Source of the DNA: Lama glama
Lineage: Eukaryota
Direction: 5' to 3'
Length of the DNA: 64,000 bases
Assembly: GCA_028534125.1 (NCBI GenBank)
Contig: CM052837.1
Location: forward strand, 14,694,001-14,758,000
Every line of letters begins with the position of its first letter. Position 1 is the stretch's first letter. Of this stretch, positions 12,088-24,219 are shown piece by piece. The translations under genes and the position numbers were made by a program. Below the pieces are notes generated by a model. The model did not search any database. It saw only the letters and a program-made list of their open reading frames with translations, and was not told the DNA's origin.

Positions 12088-13990
12088 CATTTTTTTTTTT
12101 TAAGTGTCAGTTTAAAATTTTTTTCCAATTTTTATATTTATTTAAAAAAAAGTACATCCACCACCCGATTTAGTTCAGAAGTTCTCTTCGGGCCCATCCT
12201 CATCACATCCTCTTCCTTCTCTCACAAGTAAACTTGGAATTTTGTATTCATTAGCCCCTTGCTTTATTTGTATCCCATACATCCTGTATCCTTAATATAT
12301 TTTTATATTTGGTCTATTCTTTGATAAAAATGGAATCATAATCAAGTTGTGACCTGCTTTTTTTTGCCCAACATTATGTTCTGAAGATTCAACCAGGTTG
12401 TTCTATGTAGCCAAAGTTCATTCATCTTGTAGTGCTCCATTTAAGACCAAATCAACATTTATTTATCAATTCTACTACTGATGAATATTTGGGTTGTTTA
12501 CAGGTAATAATCCTGCTTTGAGCAGTAACTGCCATGTGCCTCCCTGTGCACATGTGCAAGAGTTTCAGGTGTGAGTATCTCTGACCTTACCAGATGAGGC
12601 CAAATTGTTTTTCAAAGTAGCTGTACAATTTTACACTCCCACCAGCAATGCAAAGTGTTCCACTAGTTTTGTACCCTCATCCACATTTGCTACTGTCAGA
12701 CTTTAAATGTATCAAATGTTGGTTTAATTTACATTTCTCTGATTATTAATGAGGTTTACTGTCTTTCCATAGTTTACTGGTCAACAGGGTTTCTTCATAC
12801 GTGAAGAATCTAGTCAAGTGTTTTCCGCATTTTTTGACTAGATTATTTTCTCACTAACTTGTAGGAGTTCTTTATGTGCTCTGGACACTCATCTTTTATC
12901 AGTTAGAAGTGTTACAAGTATTTTACCAAGTCTGTGGCCTGCCCTTTCATTTTCTTTATGGCATTTATTTACAGACAGAAGATTTGCATTTTAATGTAGT
13001 CAATTTTTTCCTTTATAAACATTTTAAGTCTTAAGACTACTTTCCTACTGTGAGATCATAGTATATTTTCCTACATTATTGTCTCTGCATCTTGTTCTTC
13101 AAATTTCAGTGTTTACAACAACTGGGATTGACTTTTGTGTTTGGTATGAGACAAGAATTGAATTTCATTTATTCCGATAGGGTTACCCAATTGTTGGAGC
13201 ACTCTACTGTAAAGACCATTCTTTTCCCCACCAAAACTACAACAGCATTCCTGTCACAAATTGGTTTCCGTTTACACACGAATCTGCTTCTGGGTTCTCT
13301 ACTGTATTCTGCTGGTCAATCCGTCTATCCCAGTGCCAACACAAGACTGTCTTAATAACTAAACTTTNNNNNNNNNNNNNNNNNNNNNNNNNNNNNNNNN
13401 NNNNNNNNNNNNNNNNNNNNNNNNNNNNNNNNNNNNNNNNNNNNNNNNNNNNNNNNNNNNNNNNNNNNNNNNNNNNNNNNNNNNNNNNNNNNNNNNNNNN
13501 NNNNNNNNNNNNNNNNNNNNNNNNNNNNNNNNNNNNNNNNNNNNNNNNNNNNNNNNGACAAGTTTACAATATTGAGCCTTCTAATCCATTGATCTTATCT
13601 CTTTCACTAATTTAGGCTTTTTTTCTTTAATGTCTTCAAACATTTTTATGATTTTCTCCAAAGATTTTGTAAATATTTTGTTAAATGTATTCCTAGGTAC
13701 TTTACATTTTGGATGCTACTGTAAATGGCATCTTTTAAAATTATTATATTTTCTGATTGTGGCTTACGCATAGAAATGCATTAATTTTTTATACTGTTTT
13801 TCTATCTATCAACCTGTTTAAAATAACATTAATTCTAATAATGTACCTGATGAGTCTTTGGATTTCTCTGAGGACAAGATTCTCCTCTGTGAAAAACTTA
13901 TTTTGTCTCTTCCTTTCTAGTCCTTAATATCTTTCATTTCTTTTCTTGCCTTACTGCGCTGCCTGACATCTCCAGTGTAGTACTGTACCT
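12088..13990 (-). mobile_element. Old L1 (L1MC/L1ME) 3' and ORF2 fragment containing an N-run
   Basis: Poly-T start, then ORF2 reverse motifs such as ttacactcccaccagcaatg and ttcctaggtactttac. Confidence 0.75.
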
Positions 13991-14059
13991 CATTCACTGT
14001 AAAGCTTGAATTCCCTTACAAATACTCTGACCTCAGTCACTGGTGCGTGAACACTCTGC

Positions 14060-15000
14060 CGTGTTGGGGAGCCTACTACCTTCCAAGACAGCTTACCTCA
14101 CCTTGGACCAGTTCTGTTTGGAAGGACCTAACACCCAGATACACAATTTCTTTTGTATTTCTCTTATACTGACTAGTGTAAAACCCAGTGTCAGTTGGCA
14201 CCTTCTCTGCCCCTTGAAGTCCTGAACTCCCAATCCCCTGGACTGTCGAATTCCAAAGCCTATGACATAGTTACTGCTAATTCCCAAAGGCCTTTGGCTC
14301 CAATTCATTTATTTGGAGACAACTCATCAATGGAGATGCTATTTTGCCTCTGCTCCTTTCAGATGCCACACAATCCTGTCTCCTGACTACACACACATGC
14401 TTCTTTACCTGGAAACCCAAGAATTAAGCTGTCTCTACTGAAGATGCAGGGTCCTGAGTGGGGGTGGGGGGTTCTACATCTCACAATGCACAGATTTTGA
14501 CCACCTCACTGCCTCCAGTTCTTTCCCTTGCTGTCTCCCCACCCTCTTCATCTCAGGAGCTAACTAAATCTTATTTATTTTTCAAAACTTAAATATGCTT
14601 TAAGGAACTCAGTGAGTGGCTTTTCAAAGTGTTTCTTTTTAAAAAATTCAGTGCTTCCTTCTAAGACAAATGCTGGTCAATAAATTTCCAGCTTATAACT
14701 TTAGGACAAAAGCCACTGTCTGGAACTTTCAACCATGGTGGGGTTTCATAGAAATGCTACACACGCTCCTTTCAGCCTGTCAGATATCTGAAAACAGCTG
14801 TCATGTCCTTACATGTATTGTTCCTTCAGCTGTTCACCCCCATGGTCCAGTTTTTCTCCAGAACAACTTCCCATTTAATGATGTTCCTTTTCATGGAGAC
14901 CTGACCACAAGACTTTTGGCACAGTTCAAGCTGGGGACACCAACTCTTTATTCTACATGCTACAGATCCATTAAAGCATAATGGATATTATGCTAAAGTT
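14060..15000 (-). mobile_element. Possible CR1/L3 fragments
   Basis: ggggagcctactaccttccaagacagc and cagatatctgaaaacagctgtcatgtcc resemble L3/CR1. Confidence 0.35.
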
Positions 15001-15039
15001 AATAAACTCTTATTAGCTCTTTTTCCCCCCACTGTATTA

Positions 15040-15990
15040 AAAAAGCTTTTAGAAGTTTTTGAAGTCTATTTTTCAAAATGTTATTAAAAAATATGCTTGT
15101 TGTAAAAGAAAGTCAAATAACAGGAAGTGGAAGTTCCCTACCATGTCCCTCCTCTCTTCTACCTGCCTTGTAGAAGAACTGCTCTCAGTTCACAGTATTC
15201 TTCCAGGAAAAAAAAAAAGTATTCTCACACACTCACACACACAAATACACAGACAGGTTTTTTTTAAATATGTTTTTTCCCATGTCTTTCTATGTCAACA
15301 CATTTATTTAATGATAGTACAGAATTTCATAATAGATGCAAGAAATCATTTAGGCATTCTACTGTTTGATACTTTTCATCTTATTTTCTTTGCTATTATA
15401 AATAATGCTGTAATGGACATCCTTGTAGAAGTATATATATATTTGGTTTTCTGTTAGAGTCCCATAACTTAGGTCAGATGGGGTAAGTCCCTAAACTTTG
15501 GCTGATACTGCCAAATCATCCTTCCAGTGCTGTATGAACTGAAACCCCCCATCTGCGTGTAAGAGTGTCTTGATCCCCATACCTCTGCCCATACTTGATA
15601 TCTACCTTTTAAAATTTTCAAATCTAACAGGCCCCAAATACTGGTTAGTTTTAATCTGGATTTCCTGATTCCTAGGTAATAGTTGAGCTTCTTTTCATGT
15701 GTTTATAGACCATTTGTTTTTCTTCTGTGAACTGCTAATTATTCTACTGCAGCGTTTACTTTTTTCTTACACATCTGGAGAAGCTCTTTATATATATGAC
15801 GGAAAATTCTCTGTCTACCTGTGGCAAACAGTTTCCCCTAGCTGGCCACTTTCTTACGGTGTAATTTTTCATGGAGACATTTAACATTTTAATATATTTA
15901 CTACCTTTCAATCTATTCCATTCTGGTTTCTAAATTTCATGTTTGGTTTAGGAAGGCCTTTCTCACCCCATGATTCTAAGAATATCACTC
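15040..15990 (-). mobile_element. L1ME-type fragment
   Basis: ttctttgctattataaataatgctgtaatggacatccttgta and related motifs. Confidence 0.65.
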
Positions 15991-15994
15991 TATG

Positions 15995-18900
15995 ATAGTA
16001 GACACAAATTGGCATGTTCATTCCTATGTGTTATTCCTCCTTTTCCCTTCCAGGGCTAACTAATGCAAGCACAGTCACACCTAACTTACACTGTATCAGC
16101 TAGGTTCTCTTTCCTAGGATTTTGAGGCCCAGGAGGAAGCAGAGGCTTCCTAGAGGGCCCCAGACCCACCAAGATAGGACATGCTTTGCCCAAGGGTTGG
16201 TAGCCTACCTCATCTTTGATTCTGCCAGCTTCCCCAGTGTCTTTCCAATTGATGGGTTTTCGTTTTTTGCTTAATTTAGTTGAGCTGACTTTTCTTGTTT
16301 TTAAATAAAGTACCTTAACTCATTTAGCAGTTAGTAACAGTGGGGTTGTTGTTAAAGAGACTGATGAGGGAAATGTGGGTAGTGTGAACCTGATTACTGC
16401 GTTCAGATGAAGAGAAAGAAAGGAACTGTCAACCAATTTTCATTATGGGAAAGAGCAAGCCACTCACACTTCACAACTGTACAACAGTCACTTCACTTAC
16501 TGGCCTGCAGTCACCTAGGATGTGTTCTAGCTGATGGCAAAGGGGTTGGGGACAGTGGGAGTTCCAATTCAAGGGAGATGAGAAATGTTGAAACTGAGGA
16601 TTACTTCTGACAATTTTAGATAACAAAACAAGAAAAAGCCCAGCTCCAACATCAAATACTCATCCTCCAAAAATGGCACAAGACTCTGGGCCCTTGTATG
16701 ACCGTGCTATGTACTTTGCTGTATCAAATGTTAGAATTTCAGAATTTTGCTAGTTGCTAAATGCCAATGGAATTCACATCTTTCGTTGGCTGGTCATGTA
16801 AAAGACAGGGTATTAAGTTAAAATGAGATAACTGAAATGATGCTGAAAGGAAACAGAGGAGTTGGAGAAAGTCAACTTCTAAAAACCTCTGTTATGCTCT
16901 CTACTGCATCTTGTTTTCATGATGAAAACCGCCCCACAGCCCAGCTCTCACTGCTCATGGATAATGAGGATGTTAAGCATAACAAGATGTGGAGGGAAAA
17001 ATACTGAAAGAAGGTAGAAAAGCAAAGAACTAATACCCAGAAGAAACTGCAAGAATTCACTGAGTTGTATCATCAAAAATCATAGGAACAGTTGTTCATA
17101 AAGACTTTGGAAATGTTCGGCCAAAGAGGGAAGAGCATAATTATTGAATAGGGCCAAATTTCTAGTTACGGTGTGGGTAACTGAACTTCTGCAGTTAGTG
17201 TAACAGCTTGGGAAACTGGTCACGGTTCTAATGGTGGGGTGGCCAGTGGGAACCCGGACTAAAGGCTGGATTCAGCTACGTAACAATGAAAAGCCAAAAA
17301 GCCCTTGGCACAAAGAGATCAGTGTCACCCGGGATCCAACAGGCTCAACCTTCCTACTGACACCTTCCCCATGTCCTTGATGGGGGTCACAGCGCACACC
17401 TTGCTAGAGGGTGTGCACTGGCGAGGAAAGCGCTTGAATCTTTTAGAAGACACTGGCTTCAAAATGGGGTTCTTTAATTTTTTTTTCCAGGTTCATAATT
17501 TACTGAACAAATCAAGTATCACCTGATGAGCTGACAGCTTCTACAGGCATGGGAACCTAACAGATGAGGTACAGTTTAGAATCCGTTTATACTGCTTTCA
17601 CAGCTGGAGTTTTTCTAGACCTTAACTTGAAGTATAAGACTATTAAAGCAATGCCTCCATATGTGGCCAGTACACAGTTCATTCTCCCTGTGAGAGTGTA
17701 AGAGCTGAACTATTTTTTGATGCTAGTGAAATGGAACTGGGCATCAGTTTCTGGACCTGCCATGGTTTCAGTTATCCAGAAGACACCAACTCCACAGCCT
17801 GTGTCCTTCAAGGTATGCAGCTACTCCTTGGCCCAGCTGGAAGAAGCCATCTCCAATATGGAATTCTTAATCTTAGTGGGATGAAAAAAGCCTCAGAGGC
17901 CAAGGTTCACCAGGACTCAGACATCTCTGGTTGTGGATAATGTGTTGTGACGCTCCCAATAACAGAAATAGGAGGCAGCCAGCTCAGGTCAGCTGAAGGG
18001 GCCTGACTAGACTCCCAAGCTACAGAAGGGCCCCTTCTCATTTAACTCCTGGGCCTCAGTCAGCTCAAGACCCAGAACCACCCTTCAATGTTGGGCACGT
18101 CTAAGAAAGAACCCTGCCACAGCACATCAACTCTCATATACCACGAACCTTCCTCCTCATTGTCCCTTCAGAATCTGTGCCATTTACCACAGTATCTCCA
18201 CTGGGTAAAGGGAAATACACCTTTTGGGGTCTACTAGGTTCTGGCTTTCAGCTAACTAATTCCTGGGAACCCAGAATGCCACTATTTTATGCTGGTTAGA
18301 ATGGAGCCTCTTGCAGGCCAGGAGATGGAAGGAGTTTTGGCTTGAACTGGCCTCACGTTAGGAACTTTTTTCCCAGTGTATGGCTAGAATGGAATTCTAC
18401 AGCAAGCAGCAGAATAACCACACTGGTCCTCTAACCCTTTGGACAGGGACCATTATAGTAGCAAGAGCAAATGCAAGCTGCTGGAGCAATAATCTCTCTT
18501 ACCAAAAGGCTAGGTCCCTCGGTGGATCACAGACAGTCTAAGTGCTACAGGAGACTTGAAAGTTTCAGGATAACACTGACATAATCCATTTACACGTCTG
18601 AGTTTAGTGATGGCATGCAGTGAGTGCTCAATAACTACTAGTATTAGCTATTCTGATGCTTCCTATTACTTCCCATGCAAGCTACCAAACAGACGAGCTG
18701 ACAGCTTTTAAGAATGTCAGTCTGGTATCATAGATGACCACGTGGAGCTGCAGATCTGCAGTCGCTCTTCCAGATGTGCCTACCTTCCTGGCACCTGGAC
18801 TATAACTATTAATGAGCAAGTGTACTTTTTTCCCCTTTGTGACGTACAAAGATTACACGAAGCAGTTTCCCTTTCTCGTGGCAGGAGCAGCTTCAGTGAT

Positions 18901-20295
18901 AAATCATCTTGACCTCTTTCTGCTGTGATCTGGTTCACTGGGATTCTTTTCCACTGTTGCACAGGACATCACCTGGACAACTATACTGATGCCATGAAGC
19001 TGACAGGATATTATGTATCTTAGAAACATATGCTAAACATAGAAATAAAAATAGAGTGGCCTGCCTTCAAGTTTTCTGAAAGTCAAAGGCCTGCAGCATG
19101 TCAGGACATCCCCTCCAACTTAAAGGACAAGTTGCTGCTGCTTGTTCCCCCTCCACTTCAGGGAGGAGTGATGCTTGCTGGCAATTTTGGATCCTGGAGA
19201 TAGCGTATCACACGCTGGTGTCTTTCTCTGACTTATTTATTGAGTGATCTGAAGAGAGAAGGCTCTCTAGCTGATCCAGGCCACAGAGAAATTAGCTCTG
19301 GTAGATTGTATGGGGCCCATAGTGTCTGTGGTTAAGGCTGAGCAGGAGAATCATAATGAAAAATCTTTGAATTTGGGCACAAGACCGTGATCCTGTCAGC
19401 AAGACTGTGTTCCTAGCTTAGCACTGGGCTCTGGTAGAGACTGTAAGCCTGACCATGGGACACTGGATATCCATACAACTTCAACTGCCCATCATAAACT
19501 AAGTATTATGTGATTGAATAAGTCATAAGCTGGGACCTGTGTAGAATTCAGCTGAAAGTGACGTGTACAGAACGCTTGCTACACGCCTACTCTGACTTCC
19601 TGATGATATTAACAGTTGACTGAAGAAGAAAAAAGTCCAGCCTAGTGTACAAGTAGCTCTGTGAGACATGCTAGACCATTCTGTTACAGGACAATCTACT
19701 TAAGGTATAACTCTGAATGAGTATAAAACAGAAATCCACCCAGTGAACAGGACTTCAAGCAAGGTATCACACTATCTACTTCACTGGATGTCGGTCTCTA
19801 AGCTAATCCCTGGGTAGTAGGTGGCTGGGACACAAAAGACAGGAACTATTTATGCTCCAGTGTATGCTCACCAGGTGGCACTCACTGCAAGAACCCTTTC
19901 TCTCACCACCCCAGTGCTGGCCCAATGAACCCATGAACACAGCGGCCGTGGTAGCATGGCAAGTGGCTGCCACAACATCTATCTCAATTTGCCTGCCATG
20001 CCTCTAGGAATACCACCTCTATCCAGGTACTCAGGGGAATGCCTTATTATGGGATCTCATGGAAGTACCTCTAAACAAAGAACTCATTTCACAGAAAAAG
20101 TATGGCTATGGGGTCACATACCCATTACCCAGGAGCAGTTGGCACCACAGATTACAAAACAGTGGGGTGCCTACTGGAGATCCAGCTATAGTGTTGAGGC
20201 TGGGGTGCTTCTTGTGGGATGAGATGCATGTTCTTGATCAAAAATAAGCACTGAATGGTGCTGTTTTTCTAACAGCCAGAAGAAAGTGTCCAAGT
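15995..20295 (+). mobile_element. Decayed ERV-L provirus: LTR (~15995-16320) plus gag-pro-pol remnant
   Basis: Degenerate protease LLGSGFQLT (18231-18257), RT Y-T-D-A for YIDD (18982-18993) and integrase VLAQ*THEHSGRGS (~19915-19956), in the expected order. Many stops and frameshifts. Confidence 0.8.
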
Positions 20296-20444
20296 TATTC
20301 CATTAGTTCTTGCCTGGTAAATAATCTTCTGCCTCACCTCTTGCTTCCTTCCCATCCCTTCTCCACATTGTGGCCAGTGATTTTCTCAGAGTGCAAATCT
20401 GACCACATCACTCTCCACTCTCCCAAGCCCTCCAGTGGTGGGAC

Positions 20445-20880
20445 AGATACGAGTGGTGACCCACCCACCCAGTAACCACTCCTTCTTCCCTCCGTGCTAC
20501 TAGAGCTTCCGTTCTGTGCGCTACCTGCCTGTCCTCTCAGAAATATTCTGGCTGGTCTCAGCCAGCTGCGGTAAGCCTATTTCTCCCTTGCTTATGACTG
20601 GCTTAAGGAGGAGCACGTGACCAGAGAAGTCTGCAGAAGCTTTTGGGAAAGTTTTCCTCACCAGTAAAAGGAGATACACAGGAAGAAACAGTGATCCTGT
20701 TCCCACTGGATCTTGTTTACCTCCATATGGTGCCTAGAACTGGGGCAGCCATTTTGGCATCATGAGGGGAGCCAGCTAAGACACAAAGCCGACACACGGC
20801 TGAATGGAAAGGTATGAAGGCGAATGAGAGTTTAACAGTGCCCAAGTGGATGAATTAGCCAACCCTGGAACTGTCCCTCT
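20445..20880 (+). mobile_element. LTR16-like LTR inserted in L2
   Basis: tggtgcctagaactggggcagccattttggcatcatgagg with L2 sequence on both sides. Confidence 0.6.
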
Positions 20881-21800
20881 GAGTCCCTAAATCTGTTCCC
20901 CTCTCCCTAATCATTACCACTTATGTCAGCCTATCAGCACCTCTGGTCTTAATTGCTGCAGCCCCTAACTGGACTACCGGCTCTATCCTGGCCTCCCCAT
21001 GGGCTGTTCTCTAACTAGCAGCCTGAGTTATTTTTTCCAAAATACAAATCTAGTTGGTTTGTGGCTTTCCACTTCTCTCATGACAATCTATAAAATCTAA
21101 AGTCTGGCCCAGCCTTCTTTCACATTTTCATCCCTTACTACTCCCTTGAGTTTGCCCTTCAGTCACTCATAGCCCTTCATTATTTTTTGAATGTGCCCTT
21201 CCCTCAGCCACCCTTATTAGACAGATTGCTCCTGGTATTTCCAGTGCCTGGAATGTTCCCCATCCCCATTTTCCCAGTGCCCTTTCCTATGATTAGGTCT
21301 CAATGAAAACACAATTTCTTTCAAGAAGTTATGACCTGGGATCAGAAATGGTGGACTGGAATCATTAACTGGTAGATTCACAAACATGTTCTGTTTCCTT
21401 GAGGGAATTAGGAAACATACAAACCTATGTACTACCCAAGACGAGGCCCGAGGCCCTGCAGTCTGCCATGGTCCTCACTTGCCACACTGATCTACTCCTA
21501 TTGTTTATTTAAGACACCCTGGGCCCCCTGCTCTAGATTCTAATAGGCCACCTCTTAATACAGGTTCCTACGACTCTCCAACAGTCTTCATGCCCTATGT
21601 TGCTGTTTCAATTTATATAGTTATTTTTGTTCTAGTTTATGGAGATCTCCCTACTGGATAGCAAATTCCCTCAGTGTAGAGACTAGATCTGTTTTTGGTC
21701 CCCAGCAAGTTCCTGGCACCTAGCACATATCATATGCTTGATAAGTATTTATTAAACAAAGTAGCAGATGCAATGATGAATGAACGGATGGATGGGCAGA
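20880..21800 (+). mobile_element. L2 3' fragments
   Basis: cctggaatgttcccc and terminal ataagtatttatt...tgaatgaacggatggatgg. Confidence 0.6.
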
Positions 21801-21991
21801 TGAGAGAGGTAAGGTAAATCTTTTTTCATTTCCTGTCCATAATCACATAGGAAAGAAGGCAGATGAATTTGGTAAAAAATTTCTCACCTCTTAACCCACT
21901 AGAAACCTGTTTTCTACCCCATGACTCAAAAGGCCTGACCTTAGGTCTGCCTTCCTCCCTGCTGACACACCAGCCTCCACAAAGAACTCAC

Positions 21992-22128
21992 GTTGAACTC
22001 CTCTCTGAAGAGCTTATTGTCATCAGCCATTCTCCGGTTTATCTCCTCTTCCAGCTTGTCCACGGGCAGGGGCGGGTACTTCCTGTTGGTGCTTGGGGAC
22101 CTGGCCAGAAGTGGTACGCTCTGGGGTT
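21992..22128 (-). CDS. PTPRA: PTPRA wedge-region exon [46 protein letters not shown]
   Basis: Inside ORF 21941..22141. ctgcag|AA...AAC|gtgagt, 137 nt. Confidence 0.97.
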
Positions 22129-22338
22129 CTGCAGTGCACAAGGGGGAAGGTTGGTCAGGTGCCCCAGGGACACAGCCCTTCTCTGGAGACTAAATTAGGG
22201 GTTCTATCTCATGGACCAGGCATCCAAACACTAGGGCTGCTCCCTCTCTTGTTTCCTTTCCTTTTAGAATTGGGAAGTGCCTGTTTTCTTGATTTTCTTC
22301 TCCATGAAGGTTCCCCACGTCATTAAGGGGTGTCTTAC

Positions 22339-22412
22339 CCACATCCTCAGCACGGCCATTGGATAAGCGGAAAGAATTAGAATGGCTCCCAGCTTGCTTG
22401 TATTTCTTAAAC
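22339..22412 (-). CDS. PTPRA: PTPRA juxtamembrane exon [25 protein letters not shown]
   Basis: Inside ORF 22190..22495. cattag|G...GTGG|gtaaga, 74 nt. Confidence 0.97.
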
Positions 22413-22539
22413 CTAATGAAAAAATGTTCACAGTGAAACACTAAGCACAGAGCCAAGAGAGACCAACCATTGGCTCTGTAGTTTCCACTTATCAATTCAG
22501 CCTTTTAAAATATCCTTTACCGAGAAAACAGGCTCTTTT

Positions 22540-22887
22540 TTGTTTGGTTTTATTCATTTTTTAAACAACTTTATTGTGGTATAATTTTTGAACAGTAAAC
22601 TACACATACCTCAGACGCACAATCTGATGAATTACGACAGATGTGCACATCCGTGAAACCACCACCACAATCAAGAAACCCAACATGTCCATCACCCCCC
22701 GAGAGGTGCGAACCTCCAACTCCCCATTTACCCCTTCTCACCTGCTTTCCACCCTCTGGTAACCATACGTTTGCTCTCTATGTCTGTGAGTCTGTTTCTG
22801 TTTTGTAAATAAGTTCATTTGTGTCCTTTTTTTTTTTTTTTAGATTCTACAGATGAGTGATATCATATGACATTTTCCTTTCTCTTT
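22540..22887 (-). mobile_element. 5'-truncated L1 3' end with perfect 15-bp TSD
   Basis: TSD aaaacaggctctttt at 22525-22539 and 22888-22902; L1 3'UTR motifs inside. Confidence 0.85.
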
Positions 22888-23892
22888 AAAACAGGCTCTT
22901 TTAGAGACAGGTTCTGCACACGCTGAGGCAGCTCCATCCCATGGTGACTGAGCACCTCAGCATGCTCCTGCTCACCCTTCACACACCAGAACCCAGCCCA
23001 GGTAGCCCCAAGTACGTCCTGGCTTGAACGGCTCCTCTGTGCAGCTCGGTCCAGGATTTACTGGAGATCACAGCCACACCAGCTGGAGACAGGATGTGTG
23101 GGTAGAATACAGTGGGGGGAGATAAGAGTATCAAACAAAACTCAAATGTATCGAACAAAATCCTGCTGTTTCCCAGTGCAACCAGAGCTTCACACTGGGT
23201 GGGTGCAACTCTCGTACAAGAAGGTGAGACACATGACAAATTGTAGTGGTTTACAAGGTTCCCCTCTCTTCATCCCTGCAGAAGAACAGAGGGAGCACAG
23301 AGCAGCTGAAGCCACAGATAAGGGCAGATTAAACTCAATTAGTCAGGGTGGTGACTTCAGCAGAAAGAGAGCAAATGCACCTCCCTCTACCCTCCCTTGG
23401 GTTCCTCCCTCCCTGGCTTTTGCTCCCTATTTGGGGAGTAATATCCAGAGGGCACTAAAAGAAAGTCAAGAAGGGGAACCCTGTAACTCACATGGTTCAG
23501 ATCAGCATGACAGGGTCAGGGATCCTAGAGGAGTGTGGGGACAAAGCCCCAACTAGAAATAAAGTAGGCCTTCACTGAGCACATAATTTCCACTGGGGCA
23601 TTTTCAGGGGTTGCTTCAATAGCGCTAGATCTGAAGATCTTCAAACACCTCTCAGTAGTAACAGGTGGTGGCTTCTTCCCTCAACCTCTAAACCGCTGCC
23701 CTGGGCTTTAGGTAAAACTACAGCTGGGGGACTGGACTTGGGACAGACGGAAGCAAAGGGGAGGAGAACTATCATGAGTCATTCCCCTCTATCTTCTCAG
23801 TGTCTTTATCCTACTGTCTTCTGGACTGTGTGGGCTTACTGAGACCCTGGGGTATTGAGTCCAAGGGAATGTAGAAGCATTAGCACGCTCAC

Positions 23893-23977
23893 CTTAACAT
23901 GTACAGAACTATGATAATAAACACGATCACTAGCAGAGAGGACAGGGCCACCATCACTGCAATAATTGGCGTCTCAT
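23893..23977 (-). CDS. PTPRA: PTPRA transmembrane exon DETPIIAVMVALSSLLVIVFIIIVLYML(R)
   Basis: ttcag|ATGAGACG...TTAAG|gtgagc, 85 nt, hydrophobic helix matching PTPRA. Confidence 0.97.
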
Positions 23978-24219
23978 CTGAAATCAAGAAAACAAAAGAT
24001 GTCATTATCATTCTATGTAATGGAGGGCTCAATCAGCTGCTCAGGCAAACATCAGATAAGGAAGAAGGGCTCCTCCAGTGCTTCTGTAGATGACACGGCA
24101 TGAGGAGAGGGACAGAGAAAAGAGAACACCTCCCACTGTCAGCCCAAGGCTACGGGGTGAAGAGGGAGGTATGGTAGGGTGAGGGCCCCGGGTGACGTGC
24201 CCACCTCATCTCTGACTTA

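Noticed and set aside
16330-20295. Domesticated or intact retroviral gene
   Set aside because: No long ORF; catalytic motifs mutated; many stops and frameshifts.
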